Numbered from the stretch's first letter, positions 51,468 through 64,000 are shown. The stretch is DNA of 64,000 nucleotides from Laetmonice hystrix (GCA_965235115.1 OZ249440.1:17112001-17176000); one strand, 5' to 3'. Program-made: numbers and translations. The notes: generated by a model not told the origin, from the sequence alone.

Positions 51468-51503
51468 TAACTAACCAGTAATCTGTTGTGTTTTCAGGTA
51501 AGT
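51468..51503 (+). other. Candidate recursive splice site RS2 in KDM3 intron 1
   Basis: aCTAACcagtaatctgttgtgttttCAG|GTAAGT: branch-point-like CTAAC, U-rich tract, acceptor and consensus donor (junction 51497/51498); downstream donor CAG|GTGAGG at 51585/51586. Confidence 0.55.
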
Positions 51504-52314
51504 TGACGTTTCCTACTATCGTCTAAAGGTGGTGTACGGGTCTGTACCAGGGACGGGCTGGAGTGGATCGTCTTGTCACTGACAGGTGAGGTGGGGAGAC
51601 TGGGTGATGGCAGTCTCCTGTTTGACGGCCTTTAATGGCATCATTATAGTGTCATTGTAACATCAGGCACAGATGTGACGGATAGAACATTATCTACTGC
51701 TATATTACAGTAGAAAGTTAATCTATTGTGTCAGGCGAAAGGAGAGTTGAGAAAGGTGTAGTGTTAAAGGCCCGGAGGCTGATTAAGACAATCTTCGAAG
51801 TGCCAGGCCCAGGTTACTCAGTAGGCAGGTCGCTCGTGGCAATTAACTATTTTTATGATGGTTGAAAAAGTTTGAAATGGCGAATTTCAAGGTGAACGGT
51901 GCATGGAGGCCAAAGATAAAATAGCTAATGAAGCTGCCATGTTTAGCTGATTTTCTCGTTGAAGACTTTTTGAGCACTGCCGGTGAGGTCTCTGAACTGA
52001 GTTTGTTTGGTTACCTTCCAGCCATTGCTGTCATGAATTTGAAGTTTTACTAAAGTCAAATGACTTAATATTGTGAAGTAATTTAGGTTAATTAAGAGGT
52101 GGGTTGGTTAGATGTGTACTCTCATTGTCGAGGTTGAGAATTTTATGCCTTAGTGTAGGAAGGTGAAACAATCGATACGAGGTGGCTGAGACCGTGATGT
52201 GAGAATTTAGTGGTACTGTGACTAAGTATTTCAGATTGTGTAATCGGTCAAGATAATGGCAAAGTTGACCATCCGTTTAGATCAATAGATGTGACAAAAT
52301 CATTGCAACAAATT

Positions 52315-52461
52315 CCACTCAGTGGATACATTCTCAAAGGCAAAATTAGCTACTTTCTATGCTCCACTCAGTGGATACATTCTCAAAGGCAAAATTAGCT
52401 ACTTTCTATGCTCCATTCAGTGGATACATTCTCAAAGGCAAAATTAGCTACTTTCTATGCT
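52315..52461. repeat. 49-bp tandem repeat, 3 units
   Basis: Unit CCACTCAGTGGATACATTCTCAAAGGCAAAATTAGCTACTTTCTATGCT. Confidence 0.95.
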
Positions 52462-52599
52462 ATGCTGTTGATTTAATCGTTTAAATGAAGATCTAAATAA
52501 ATACAAAATGTAACTTTATGTCAACAATATTTTACGAAGACCTTCAATCGTGCTTTTGGTGGTTTATATAAAAAGAGAAATCAGCTAAGGGGAGAGAGA

Positions 52600-53300
52600 T
52601 GGAGAAGAGGGGAGAATGCTCCTGGTTTTGCTTCCGTTTCCTTCTCGGTGGTGGCAGGTCGGGATGGTGGGGACAGGTTTGGTGTGATCAAGGTGTCACT
52701 CACTGATCAATGGCCGCTAGAGTTGGCGGGACATGCTCCTCCTGGTCCTAGACCTCTTCAAGGTCCGGCCGAACTGATGGCTTCACGCACCGTCTACCAA
52801 GGACACGTTCAATGGGAGAGAAATTCCTTGGGATGTTTTGACAACACTTGGGCACCGTGCCAAAAGTACAGTTGTTCTTGTAGTTGTTCCGCCGGCCGTG
52901 GCCATAAATGGGTTGTCGTCCTGTCCACACAACAAGTGTATTCTTTGTATTCTGTGCAGGGTTAGATCCTGGGCTGGGGGGGGGGGGGATTTACGAGGGT
53001 TTAAGTTTCCATATTGCAGCTCAGAGCTCCCACCGAAAAGTGTGCCGGAAGGAGAAGTCAGTTAGTGTAGAGGATGTCCGTACCTGGTGAATTGTTTGTG
53101 AAGTTGAGACGCAGGATGTTCAAACTCAATAAAGGCCTTGAAGATGTTGCCCAGAGCCAGCCAGGGTCCTTATCCCGCCTGTTGAGTGTGCCCCCCCCCC
53201 CCCCCCCATCGTCAGCTAGGTGGCCTCCCCTCCCTGTTCCTCTCCCCACCCCGTACCTCTTCCAATCTGTGCTGGCCGGGTACCGTACATATGTCCGTGT
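52600..53300 (-). mobile_element. Possible decayed I/Nimb-like ORF1 relic
   Basis: Remnants TRTTVLLARCPSVVK..., SHQFGRT, HLDHTKPVPTIPTCHH and AFIEFE resemble the RRM and zinc-knuckle region of LINE ORF1. Confidence 0.22.
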
Positions 53301-55499
53301 GTTAGCCAACATGTGTAATCAGATTGGTGATTTACTCGTGTTGAGGATGGAGATAACCAATCCAATCTGACCTCGATCTCGGCGAGTCCCGCCTGGCCTT
53401 ATCAGGACCTGCGGACGATGGGGGCTGAGTTATGGACTTTTTAAGTAAGCAGTGGCTCGGAGGGGGCAGACTACGGGTGGGTGGGGGTCAGACCTCCGGG
53501 ACCAGTGACACATGTGCAGATTGTGAGTGTACATGGAGACATCCTCCTCCAAACTGCTCCGTCATACGTCATACAAAGTAGCAGCATTCTTTAGATCACT
53601 ATCAGCTGTCGCCTCCACTCGGGTGTTACAATGAACAGGAGCGGAGATTGGCTGCAGGAAATTCTGTCCTTGCACAGAGGTATCCCATTCACGTTTTGCA
53701 TTGATTTTAGCGAAATTTGATACCTTCTGGTAAATATATCCTAGGAAATAGAAAATATAGGTTCAGTGGCTGTGAGTACAACACTCGCCGCTCATGTGGC
53801 CTAACCTTTTGCAGTTGATGATGGGAGCTCAGTTCTGTCTGTCGGTTGTCCTGTGCGCGCCTGTCTTTCTGTCCATCAATCTGTCAGACAATCCGGCCCT
53901 GTCATGTCAGGTCCCGGTGATGGTCTATGTGGAGGTGGTCCTCCGTTAGCCACATTTACTGGGGCATCCCCACAAACCTGTACCAGGGAGAGATATCCCC
54001 CTACTTTAATTGTGACATGATGAAAACTGTATTCACCTGGACGGATTGACATTGAAGACATGAAATGAGCGAAAGCCCTCTATTAAATGCCGAGTACAAA
54101 GTATTGTCGCCCCCTACAAGTTAGGGTAATAAGCCCCTAACTTCCCTTCATGAGTGACGTTGTCAAAGAGCTCCTCATGCTGTGTGATCTATTTAACGGG
54201 TGTTTGGACTCTGTGGTTTTGAAAAAAATACCACTAGACTATAGTCGCTGGAACCGGCCGGTCGCTGCATTCAATTACAGTGAGAAAGATGAGTCGATCC
54301 TATTGTAGGTATTTTCTAAAGGAGACACCTAATATGTGAGCCACAGGTAGAGAGTGGGTTTTTCCTCCGGTTGGCCGCTTAGCGTTGTAACTAAGCGACC
54401 AATGATCAGTCGGTGGGTGGCTGGCTGTGAGGGGTTGCCGTTGTAGGTCTGGCTGGCTGGGACCGATTCCCCAGTCCCTGGATCCCTGTGGGCCAGAGCC
54501 AGCTGTTGTGTTTGGCACGGAGCCAACCAAACTTTACTCCTTGTAATGGCAGCAGGCGAGGACCAGCATCATGACTGCAAATGGTCTGCTAAGGGCCAAC
54601 CACCATCAGATGGAGAATGTGGAACACCAAACTCCAAAGGATGGCCAAGGTCTCACTTAACTTCACCGACAGAAATAACCGGGCACACAACTTTTTTTGG
54701 CTTTATACCGATCATGATTTCTGTTTAAGGTCTGTTTCTCGATCTACAATCATTTAGAAGGTTACCATGTTTCCTCAGGCATTTCGGAAGTTTCCTAGTT
54801 ATACCTTCTTGAATCATGAGCTGTTTCCAGACCTACAGAGAATCTGAAGTCTGAAGTGTAATATCAGTGCTTGAAAACATGAAAACATTGTGGTTGTTGT
54901 TTATAAATGACTAACAAAACCTGTTCAGGTTCTAATTACACATGTCAGAACCGCTAACCATGACATTCACAATTACAGTGATTCAACATCACTAGAGAAT
55001 ATTTGTACATGTATTGTCCTCTGCTCTATAAAGAGAAAAGAAGTCCGCGTGATTTAGAGTTCTGCATTTATTACAAATTACAAAAAGTACATTGATGATT
55101 GATTATGAAGGATGCTTTCTGTATGTTACCAATTAACTCAGATGTGGAGCCGTATGTAGTGTAGAGTATATTAGTTGTGGCAGACAGGAGCGCAGACTTG
55201 TCGCCAGACTGTCTGTTAATAGCCCCGGCTATATTATCTTTGTAAGGACATATTTTGTACCATGTTATCACGTCACTCATCAAGTATCGATTGCAGTCTC
55301 TCTGGATGAATGACAGGTACCGAAAGCGAGAGATGCTTTAGGTAAGCTAGGGTAAGGGTAGAACGTTGTGTCTTATTCGGACTGAATTTATAGGCGCAAG
55401 CAAGAAAAGTTAATACGATACCGCTTATACCAGTATCATGGTATAATATTGGTCTATAATATTAGAAAGACATGGACAAACGTAGACTTAAAGGAGAAG

Positions 55500-55700
55500 G
55501 AATTCATGTCCGCTAAACATGGCATTCCACGTTACTCAGGTCCGACAGAATAGCATACTAGTTCTGGATGATGTGTATAGGCTTCGTCTTGACCTAGAGT
55601 CATCCCAACCCAATGATCCACCTTTGGAGCTGTGCTGGGAGGGCCAGGATTTAAACAGACCCTGCTATTCCTGGTGTGCCGGCCCAAGTAGTTCACTGGG
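55500..55700 (-). mobile_element. Decayed CR1/L2-like relic with 2A-like NPGP and PHD remnant
   Basis: ATA GCA GG..GTC TGT TTA AAT CCT GGC CCT (IAG/VCLNPGP, 55640-55668), followed by LFCRT*VTWNAMFSG (PHD with Cys codons mutated to TGA and TTT). Confidence 0.35.
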
Positions 55701-57799
55701 GCAGGAGGTTGAAATCTCAGATGGAAGTGAACCCAGGCAGGGATGCATTGCGCTCAATAAATATCTTCTGTTACAGCGGAGCTCCGAGACTTTTTTTACA
55801 ATAAAGGGCGTATCAGTGTTAAGTGGTTAAAATTGGCTGCGCCGGGTCTTCAGTGACCATCGTCAGCGCCCACAGCAGGAGGAGGAGCAGGAATAGGTGA
55901 TTGATGGCCAAAGCCTGGTCCTCCTGCTGTCCTCCAGTGATCACAAGCTCCCTGTCCCATCCCTCCTCCCAGCTATCTAACCAGCCCCAACCCATAAACC
56001 ACGCACACGGCCTCCATCCTCCATATCAGGGCTTGGGAAGGCTTGCTCAAGTTAGGCAAATCTTCCACGGATTTTTCTTCTTTGAATAAGCCAGGCTAGT
56101 TTAGGATATGCTCACCTGATGCATAAATAATGAGTTCGGTTCGGCGAGCAGAAATGATGTGATCGACTTTTCTGCTGTATCTGTGTTGGATTCAGCTAGA
56201 ACCCACGGTATATATATTATATGCAATATTTGTAAAGCACTGATATGCACACTCGTCCCGTAAAATTGCAGCTTAGGTACCCTGAGAGGATGTTTGGAAT
56301 TACAATGTATGTAGTTTCAGTCACAGAACGCGTTTGATGCGGTCTTCATTTATTCAGATAGAAGGCATGATTGTAATTGTAGGATTTCTGAAACAACAAC
56401 AGCTGACCGGATTTTGTGTGGCCATATTTGTTAAGCTCAGAGAGAAGTAAAGATCTCGTAGATAGGATTTCATATGTATAAATTTTGGAAATCACTACAT
56501 AAATGTCTACTTTATTTCGGAGTACTCCAGTGTGCAAGTAGTGCTGGAATGAAGGCTTCTTAGCAATCAGGGACTTGGACCTGAGGCCCTTTCTACTAAC
56601 TGGGACAGGTCAAGTCGTGATGTCCTACTGAAGTGGTAAAACCTACTGGGCCCCATTTGTTATGAAAACAAGTTTGGGGAGGCAAACCACACTGGTCGTT
56701 TTGGAATTTGTCTGACGGACGGAATTGGCTGAGTCACTGTAGTCTGCTCTTCTGGCTACATAAACTCGAAAACATGGGACATGTTGTTTCTGAACTCGTG
56801 TTCAAGCTATAAATGTCTAGGTGAAAACTTATCATGGTGCGGTCAGAAGTGGGGATTTGTAGGGGGTTATTTTAAGGGGTCATTCAAATTTTACAACCTC
56901 TGACAGCGTTGCTCCAGACAAAACTCGTCCCAGAATGTTTTCAGAGCTTGACATTCAGGAAGAGTGATCAGTGTTCATGTATGAGAGCTCGAAAGTGGCA
57001 GCAAAATTTTGTTTAAAATTCAAATAGTGTAATTAAGATGTTGCTTCATTTGTCAACTACCGGTAGGGTCCAAGGTTTGTGTCAATATCTTGAAAAATAT
57101 TCCGTGAAGTGAAACACGATTCCAGATTGTATGAACTGTGTTTGAGGAGAGATCACGCCATAATTTATGGGATCAAAAGGGCACTGGTGTGTCCATATCC
57201 TGTATGTGATCTATGACCACAGTTCCACAGTTTACCTATTTTGGACGCAGTGACCTGTATAGACACTGAAGGACTGAATGTGAACTGGTGTAAATCTTGG
57301 CACTCCTTCAACCCACTGTCTCCCCGCTGACTTTATATCCTCAGTACTACCTGACCCTTTAGCTATTTTACTCCAGACCGAATCTCATCAAAGGTGCCGG
57401 TGCCTTAAGTCCTATTGCACAAAGATAACAGGTATATGTAGAGGCAACTATAGAGCTCCAGGTATTGTTTGCGAATTTCATTATCTGTTTTGATGATGGT
57501 CCGGTAATACTGGTACATGGATTTATGATATTCTGTCATTTACATTTACCTAGAACACCGCGGGAGAAACAAGCCGCCACTCCCCACCCCTTCCGTAGAC
57601 ACATGTGCTTGACCTTGTTTACGGTAATCCGTACAGCGGCTCTGCTGCACTGGCTGTGGATTGGGTGAAGCCATCAGGAAAATACCTGGGAATCCATGTC
57701 AGGTTGTGTGGGTCAGAGCGGTTTTTGTTGGTGTGCCTGGCGGATCGGATGCACAGGTGACGGGCGTGTTTTTGGCAGTGTGTGGCTGGGGGCGGTGGG

Positions 57800-58750
57800 T
57801 GGATGGATGGACTGGCAGTATAGTGGTGGGGTGATGTGTCAGACTTTCCTGGCAGAGGATACGGGACGATTTAGGTCACCCAGAATGGCGACCCACTCCC
57901 AGCATCGCAATCTCTAACTCTGTCTCTGTGGCTTCACACTCGGCTTTGGTTCGGCATCTGAGGTGAGAGGCCGGTGTGTGGGTATATCATTGTAGGTATA
58001 GAGGGAAGTGGCCAAGGGTCCCATGTTGTCCAGCATCTGGGATCTATGTGGTAGTGGTGGTGGATTCTAGCTTCTGTGACTGACTTCAAACTTTCGCAAT
58101 TACCAAATAAAGCTTCCCACATGGACCAGAATGACAAAAAAGAAATTTGACGCCGTATATAGGGTCCCGAGAGGGTAGGTTGAGGAATGTATGATGCCTA
58201 GGTTGTTTTCTCGGCGCCGGCCGGCCAGACAGCGCTGTCGGTCAACACGAGTGTCTGGAGGCTGAGACTGTCCAGGAGAAGGGACACTGGGAACCGTCGG
58301 GCCATCGTGTGATGGCCGAATCTTGTAACCGCTCGGATACCGACAATGGCCAGGGCACATGTCAGTGGGGATTATAATGGGAACGTTTTCATAGGACGTA
58401 GGGAGGTTTTCATTTGACGTGGGGTTACCCCTGCACCGGCCCATCGGGAGCAAGTTCTCCAGAAACCGGGGCCAAGGGGACGAGGCTGTTCATCAAGAGA
58501 ACGGGGCCACTCGGGGAGAGGATGTCAGCTATCGTGATGAGGAATGATCGATGGTGGAGAACCCCGCTTGCAGAGAGAGGAAGAAAGAGCCCTCAGCTAA
58601 TGCCAAGAACCTTTTTCATTATTCCGTGCCGTGGAAAGCCCTTTTTTTACAGGGCTCTTGACACCAGAGCAGTGTCTAGGAACCCAACGGCATTCGTCTA
58701 GTGTTGTAAAGGTTGACACCTGCCAAAGAATCCTATGTTCGGAAGCTGTT
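57800..58750 (-). mobile_element. Decayed CR1/L2-like relic (PHD and APE endonuclease remnants)
   Basis: In order along the minus strand: LDECRWVPRHCSGV (PHD), PIIIPTD...YPSGYKI (endonuclease N-terminus), AILGDLNRP (GDxN motif); many stops and frameshifts. Confidence 0.45.
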
Positions 58751-58932
58751 CTGTAACAGTAAAGTATTATGGGGCAGAATTCCAGATGGCTTATTCTGTA
58801 GCAAAGATTAAGGCCAGCCTTAGGGTGGGCCCAAAGTCTGTGGAGGCAGACCTATTACCGCAGGGTTAATCCACGTAAGGGTCAAGATTATGATGCCCGC
58901 TGTGTGAGGAGATGATTGGTCCAGGCAGTGGA

Positions 58933-59408
58933 CCCAGACCAATCATCTCCTTGCTCTCTCAGTCCCGACCCTCCGTCAAGTCTGCTCCACGGCCCAGACC
59001 AATCATCTCCTTGCTCTCTCAGTCCTGACCCTCCGTCAAGTCTGCTCCACGGCCCAGACCAATCATCTCCTTGCTCTCTCAGTCCCGACCCTCCGTCAAG
59101 TCTGCTCCACGGCCCAGACCAATCATCTCCTTGCTCTCTCAGTCCCGACCCTCCGTCAAGTCTGCTCCACGGCCCAGACCAATCATCTCCTTGCTCTCTC
59201 AGTCCCGACCCTCCGTCAAGTCTGCTCCACGGCCCAGACCAATCATCTCCTTGCTCTCTTAGTCCCGACCCTCCGTCAAGTCTGCTCCACGGCCCAGACC
59301 AATCATCTCCTTGCTCTCTCAGTCCCGACCCTCCGTCAAGTCTGCTCCACGGCCCAGACCAATCGTCTCTTCCTGCCTCCCAACCCTCCCTCAAGTGTGC
59401 TCCCCGCA
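58933..59408. repeat. 60-bp tandem repeat, 7 near-identical units plus one diverged unit
   Basis: Unit CCCAGACCAATCATCTCCTTGCTCTCTCAGTCCCGACCCTCCGTCAAGTCTGCTCCACGG; accounts for the 173-aa and 187-aa ORFs. Confidence 0.97.
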
Positions 59409-62400
59409 CCCACTGCCTGGACCAGTCATCTCTTCCCTCCGTGCCTCCAGTCTCTGGTTACCCCGACTGGCGGCCTTGAAGAGCCCCAACCAAGATAAAT
59501 GGCACCCGTAAGATTGGATCATATATAGCTTAGGCTTCATGAATAAGACAACAGAGCTGCATGCGAAATGCATGGTAATGCCTTGCCGTGGGAGCCGGCG
59601 GATCTGCATATTAGTTATCGTTCGCTGACTCTAGGTTTAGTAGAGTCAGCAGCTCGCACCGGCATGGAAGCTAGGCCGTGGGAACAAAACACACACACGG
59701 ATTTATTTTTTTAATACCGCAATAAAATATTGAATTCTTTATGAAGAACATCGACCGCGAGTCATGGACAATGATCACAGCCTGGTTTATTCCTGTCTTT
59801 TCATTTTTCTGTTTACCTTTTTTCCAAGAGAGTTTAGTTATTTATTCGTGGAGGAGTTTGTCGGCTCATCTCCTGCCAGTGGACTAGTAGGGAAACATCC
59901 CGAGATGACCCTGCCCATAGGGAGGACCATTATGGAATTTGTCTTTGACATCTTAGTTTGACCTTAGCTTGATCATTTGATGAGGAACACAGTAAGATTA
60001 TATGCTTTTAGGACGATAAAGGGAATTTAACCTGATAGAGTCGGATAACTCCAGCGGGGTCAGCCATGTGGATTGGCTCCGACTCCGTTAAGGCGCTCCC
60101 CACTGCCGGGGTTACTGGGACAGACAGTGCAAGGACCGGCCCGGTCCACAAGGACCGGAGATTATGGTCCATGGCTAGATCCAGAGCCACCAGTCTGTTT
60201 AAGATTGGGAATTCACAAGATGGAACTCACCTGCAATCCTTGCAGTCCGTCTCTTACTGTAGAATGGGGCCAGTCGTGAAACTGCCATCGAGCAGGGAGG
60301 ATCTCTCCCATAGACCCCGGGCCTTGAAGATAGATGAATACTCTCATATAATTGATTAAAATCCGGCAATATAAGTAACTATAAGAAGCTGTATAATGTA
60401 TTTTAATTTATAATGAAAGTAAAATGCCCCGAGGTACCAGAGGGACGAGTTAGAGGGTGTGGTAGATAGGTTCTTTGTTGGAAGCTAGTCCACACAAACA
60501 TGTACCTTAATTATTACATATTAATTTCTTTATTTCCAAATGTGACCCTTTAAATATATTAAGTGTGGCGATGATGGATTGTTGGTGAGCAGATTTAGAG
60601 TTAATACAGTTATAAAATGTAAGTAAGTAATGGCGTTAATTCCATTAAGTAATAATACTAATATATCATGTTTATTTTGAATCCTATCCCATTGAGACAT
60701 GCCGAGTACTTGGAATAATAGAAACCTCTCATTATCTTTTATGGGTGTCTGTATTTCATTGACCTGGTATTGAAATTTATTCACTTTTAATGTGTGAGTT
60801 TCATGTTGATTATTCCTAGACTTTGTAGTCGGGACGCGGGGGGGGGGGGCTGGATCATTGTTTAGTTTCATTTGCATCAGCCTTTTGTTTGCCTGAAGTG
60901 TGATCCATTTCCAGGAAGTGATTTAATGGAAGCAGTTCTTTAGAGAAACGTCGGAGCACAAGAAATATCCCATTGCTATGATGGATTCCTGCTGTAGCCA
61001 TTGGTGGCCGTCGTTAATTGTGCTTGTTGATGATTGCCCGTGCTGAATTCATCAGGATCCCGCGTAGATTGCCTCATTCCATTCGTACCGACCGTCGGCC
61101 GTCCCCACCGCCGCCGGTCCCCGCCGCCGCCGCCGGTCCCCACCGCCGCCGGTCCCCGCCGCCTTGCGCCGGGCAGGCCGGTGATGGGTTGGAGGAACCG
61201 GGTTGGGGTGAGGGGCGAGCGTGCTATTCCACCAAGTCGGGGACTCGAGTCGGGGCGGGCGCCGCGTCGTTTTGCATCTCGCGGTGTGGCTGATTAATAG
61301 GTTGCCTCCATTAATAATATCCCAATAGTTATTGTGGCGGCGCATTGAGGTAGCCGCATGTATGGATTAACTCGATCAATCACCCAGTCCGGCACCATGT
61401 CCCGCAGTTCGCAGCAAGGCCGGCTGATCGTACATGTACGTACTACACGAACTGATGCTTCCAAGGATCTAACACATCACCACAAAGTCGAAGATCATTG
61501 GTCCATAAAAACAAGTAACATCGATTCTCTTCGGCTCCATGGTTGCCTTTTTTCTTTTTTCCTGAAATACCAAATCACAAACAGTATAAGTGCGTGGAGT
61601 GTGATCCCAAGAAGCTTGGTGGAATACCCCCCCCCCCCCCCAAAAAAAAAAAAAAAAAATCTATCATGAGTCTATCATGATGTTAGGCAGACTTTGCGGA
61701 TAGTGTGGCGATGGTTGCATTAGCCAAGGAGGCTGGTTTTAACTTCCAGCCTGGGCCCTCGGCATGTTGCAAAGATCCTATTTTCGTCCACCTGTATCAC
61801 GAAAGAGGAGCATGCACGCATTCTGGCAAACTGCTCAAAATGGGTGTGAAACATTATCCTTCAAAGGCCCACAACCCCAAGGCCTGGACGCCAAACATCT
61901 CACGGTGCCCTCTCATATCATCGTGACATACGTAGGCACACACTGTAGCTACCCGGAGTTGTTCGCTGCGGTCTGGCCATGTTTAACAAGTATCGAAGCG
62001 TACACTGTAGCGAAGCCACTGTTGACGGCAGGCGATGCCCAGGCGGAGCACCTTGCTGTTTGAAGCGTGGCCGACCGCAGCTGTAGAAGGCGGTCACTCT
62101 GACCCCATTATGTCAGGATATATTTATGCTATGTGACACAAGTAGGTCAGGGTGACATGACAAGTGGGGGGAGTACCCGCAGGTACACCTGTCATTATGC
62201 CACACCCCCTGGGAGCCTGGATTGCAAGGCCGACCCCTTTTTAAGGATGATCTTGAGGGTCATAAAGACCATTAAAATTCAGGGATTGTCACACAGAGGT
62301 CAGAAAAAAAACACCAAAAAGCTGATGTAAAAATATATAGTGTAAATATACTGAACGGCATCACTCGTAGAATGTGCAAAGTGTTTTTAGTTGAGAACAG

Positions 62401-64000
62401 GAAAGTTGTTTTCTGAGTAGTCTGTTCCGTTGAGTTTCCTCTCGTACGTCTGGTTTCTAGTCAAATATTGAATGTGACTGTTCTTTTCAAATAATATTTG
62501 AGCTATATTTTCAGCTGATGCGTTTTCATTGCTGTTCAGTTGTATCTTTTGGAGCAGAATGGGTGCCTAACTGCCCCCTTTCCTCATCTGTTCGGTTAAG
62601 GCCTGATGTGTCAGGTCCCAGTAGAAAACATCGAAATAATGAGGTGAATATATGTCATGCTCCCTCAAAACTATGACATAGCTGCCATTTTTTAACCGTA
62701 GAGCTACTGTCAAAATTGAAAGCGTAGCAGTATTTTATTGTCACGTCATGATGCTTAAGTGGGAATCCTACTCTGAAAACTTTCATTCCTTGTTGAACTT
62801 CACGTCCACTCTTTACATCTACTCCTGTCTTTTAATAGAAGGCCAAAAAAAACGATACGAAAAAGACTACGGTAAAGTTGTGCGAGCTTTGTTTGTTTCT
62901 GCCCTACTTTTACACGCCTTGTGATTTAAAAGAACACGAGAAACTAGGCTTGCTTGAACGAGGTTATAGTTTTTAGCAGTATACCTGACTTCAAGCATTT
63001 TAGAGAGTGCTTAACATTCAAGAAGGATGTCTCCATCAGACCCCCTTCTAAAAAAGAAAAAGTCTATGTTTTCTTTTTATGCATTAGACTTAAGGAACTA
63101 TCTGCCAGTGTTTGTGATGGGACTTAAACCTACACCAGAATCCGACCTTTTTCGATGTTAGATTCTCAGAGAAACCTACTCTACAGTCTGGTAAGTGTCT
63201 GCGAGAGGTTTTTCTGCTAAAGTCCGTTAAAACTCGCTGTAGGTGGGTGATGTTTGACTAAGCATGATTGATAAAAATCGGGGAGAGTGTTGGAATCTAT
63301 GAGAGTATTTTTTGCTGGTGGCTGGTATTTGATTTTGCTGTCATGATTGAATTTGATAGAAATCTAGGTGAAGATTGTGAACACGACATTGTGACCCCTT
63401 AAAACACGAAGTTAATTTTAACAGGTACGATATATATATAACCGCCCTGAACCGAACACTCCTGTAAAACCATTTCTGTTTCACGTCTACCAAATGTGTA
63501 TGACATTGCAGGGCTCCAAATTATCTACTGGCCCTTAGGCGCAAATAGGGACATGACTTGCTCATGGCACTCTTACTCAGGAAGGTCCTCGAATGAAACT
63601 TGCTCTTTGTGCTCGTTCAATTCGAGGCTGCTGGTTTCTTCAACTTGATTTTGCCATGAGAAGCTGATCATGTAAGGTTGTTAGGTGTTAATATTATTTC
63701 TGTTATGAATATGTATGTCTGTTTACTTGAAACCCGTCGATTGCCCTGGATGTCGTAAGCCTGGCGCAGTGACAACAGTACAAGGACCACACAGGGAGAT
63801 ACCAATAAAGCGTAGGTCTGTTACATTACGTAAGAGGCCTGCAGATGAAGCAGCTATGGCACTGCACTGCCACTAGTGTCCCGTAATTACCAGGGAAATG
63901 ATCTTCTCCAGGTAACCAGGCCGGCGCCACACTTTCGTACCTGCTGCACAGCTAGTGGCGTTGGTCCTGGCATCCCTGACCGTCCGTCAAGAGGACAATG

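Noticed and set aside
58888-59479. 173-aa and 187-aa ORFs
   Set aside because: They result from a stop-free 60-bp repeat unit that is a multiple of 3; there is no splice or homology support.
60008-60250. LWTGPVLAL...TPAV as a retroviral or Gypsy integrase GPY/F remnant
   Set aside because: A single short motif with no adjacent RT, RNase H, integrase core or LTR evidence.

Overview
Eukaryotic (invertebrate bilaterian, probably lophotrochozoan) genomic DNA, mostly intronic. Two genes lie head-to-head, with 636 bp between their start codons. On the minus strand is a REEP1-4-type ER-shaping gene. Its coding exons 1-8 can be assembled in frame (27373-27404, 14266-14338, 8163-8239, 7651-7771, 7288-7401, 3989-4103, 3194-3349, 2709-2782), and its 3' end is only tentatively resolved. 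On the plus strand is exon 1 of a KDM3/JMJD1C-family histone demethylase (28041-28196); I found no exon 2, so intron 1 appears to be over 35 kb. The same REEP-KDM3 pairing is found in the four human paralogons. The most notable signals are: two polypyrimidine-CAG|GTAAGT candidate recursive splice sites in the long KDM3 intron (43265/43266 and 51497/51498, the latter with a stop-containing RS-exon); an in-frame candidate alternative REEP first exon with an RFX X-box about 110 bp upstream; a second X-box beside a nuclear-receptor half-site cluster; candidate microexons; a Harbinger transposase-bearing element inserted into a 59-bp minisatellite; and a 40-copy minisatellite in which 17 units carry TGACGTGG. 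The rest consists of a young tRNA-derived SINE with a 15-bp TSD, several MITEs, tandem arrays and heavily decayed non-LTR retrotransposon relics. Almost all ORFs in the supplied track are spurious. All homology calls are from recognising motifs by eye, not from database searches.
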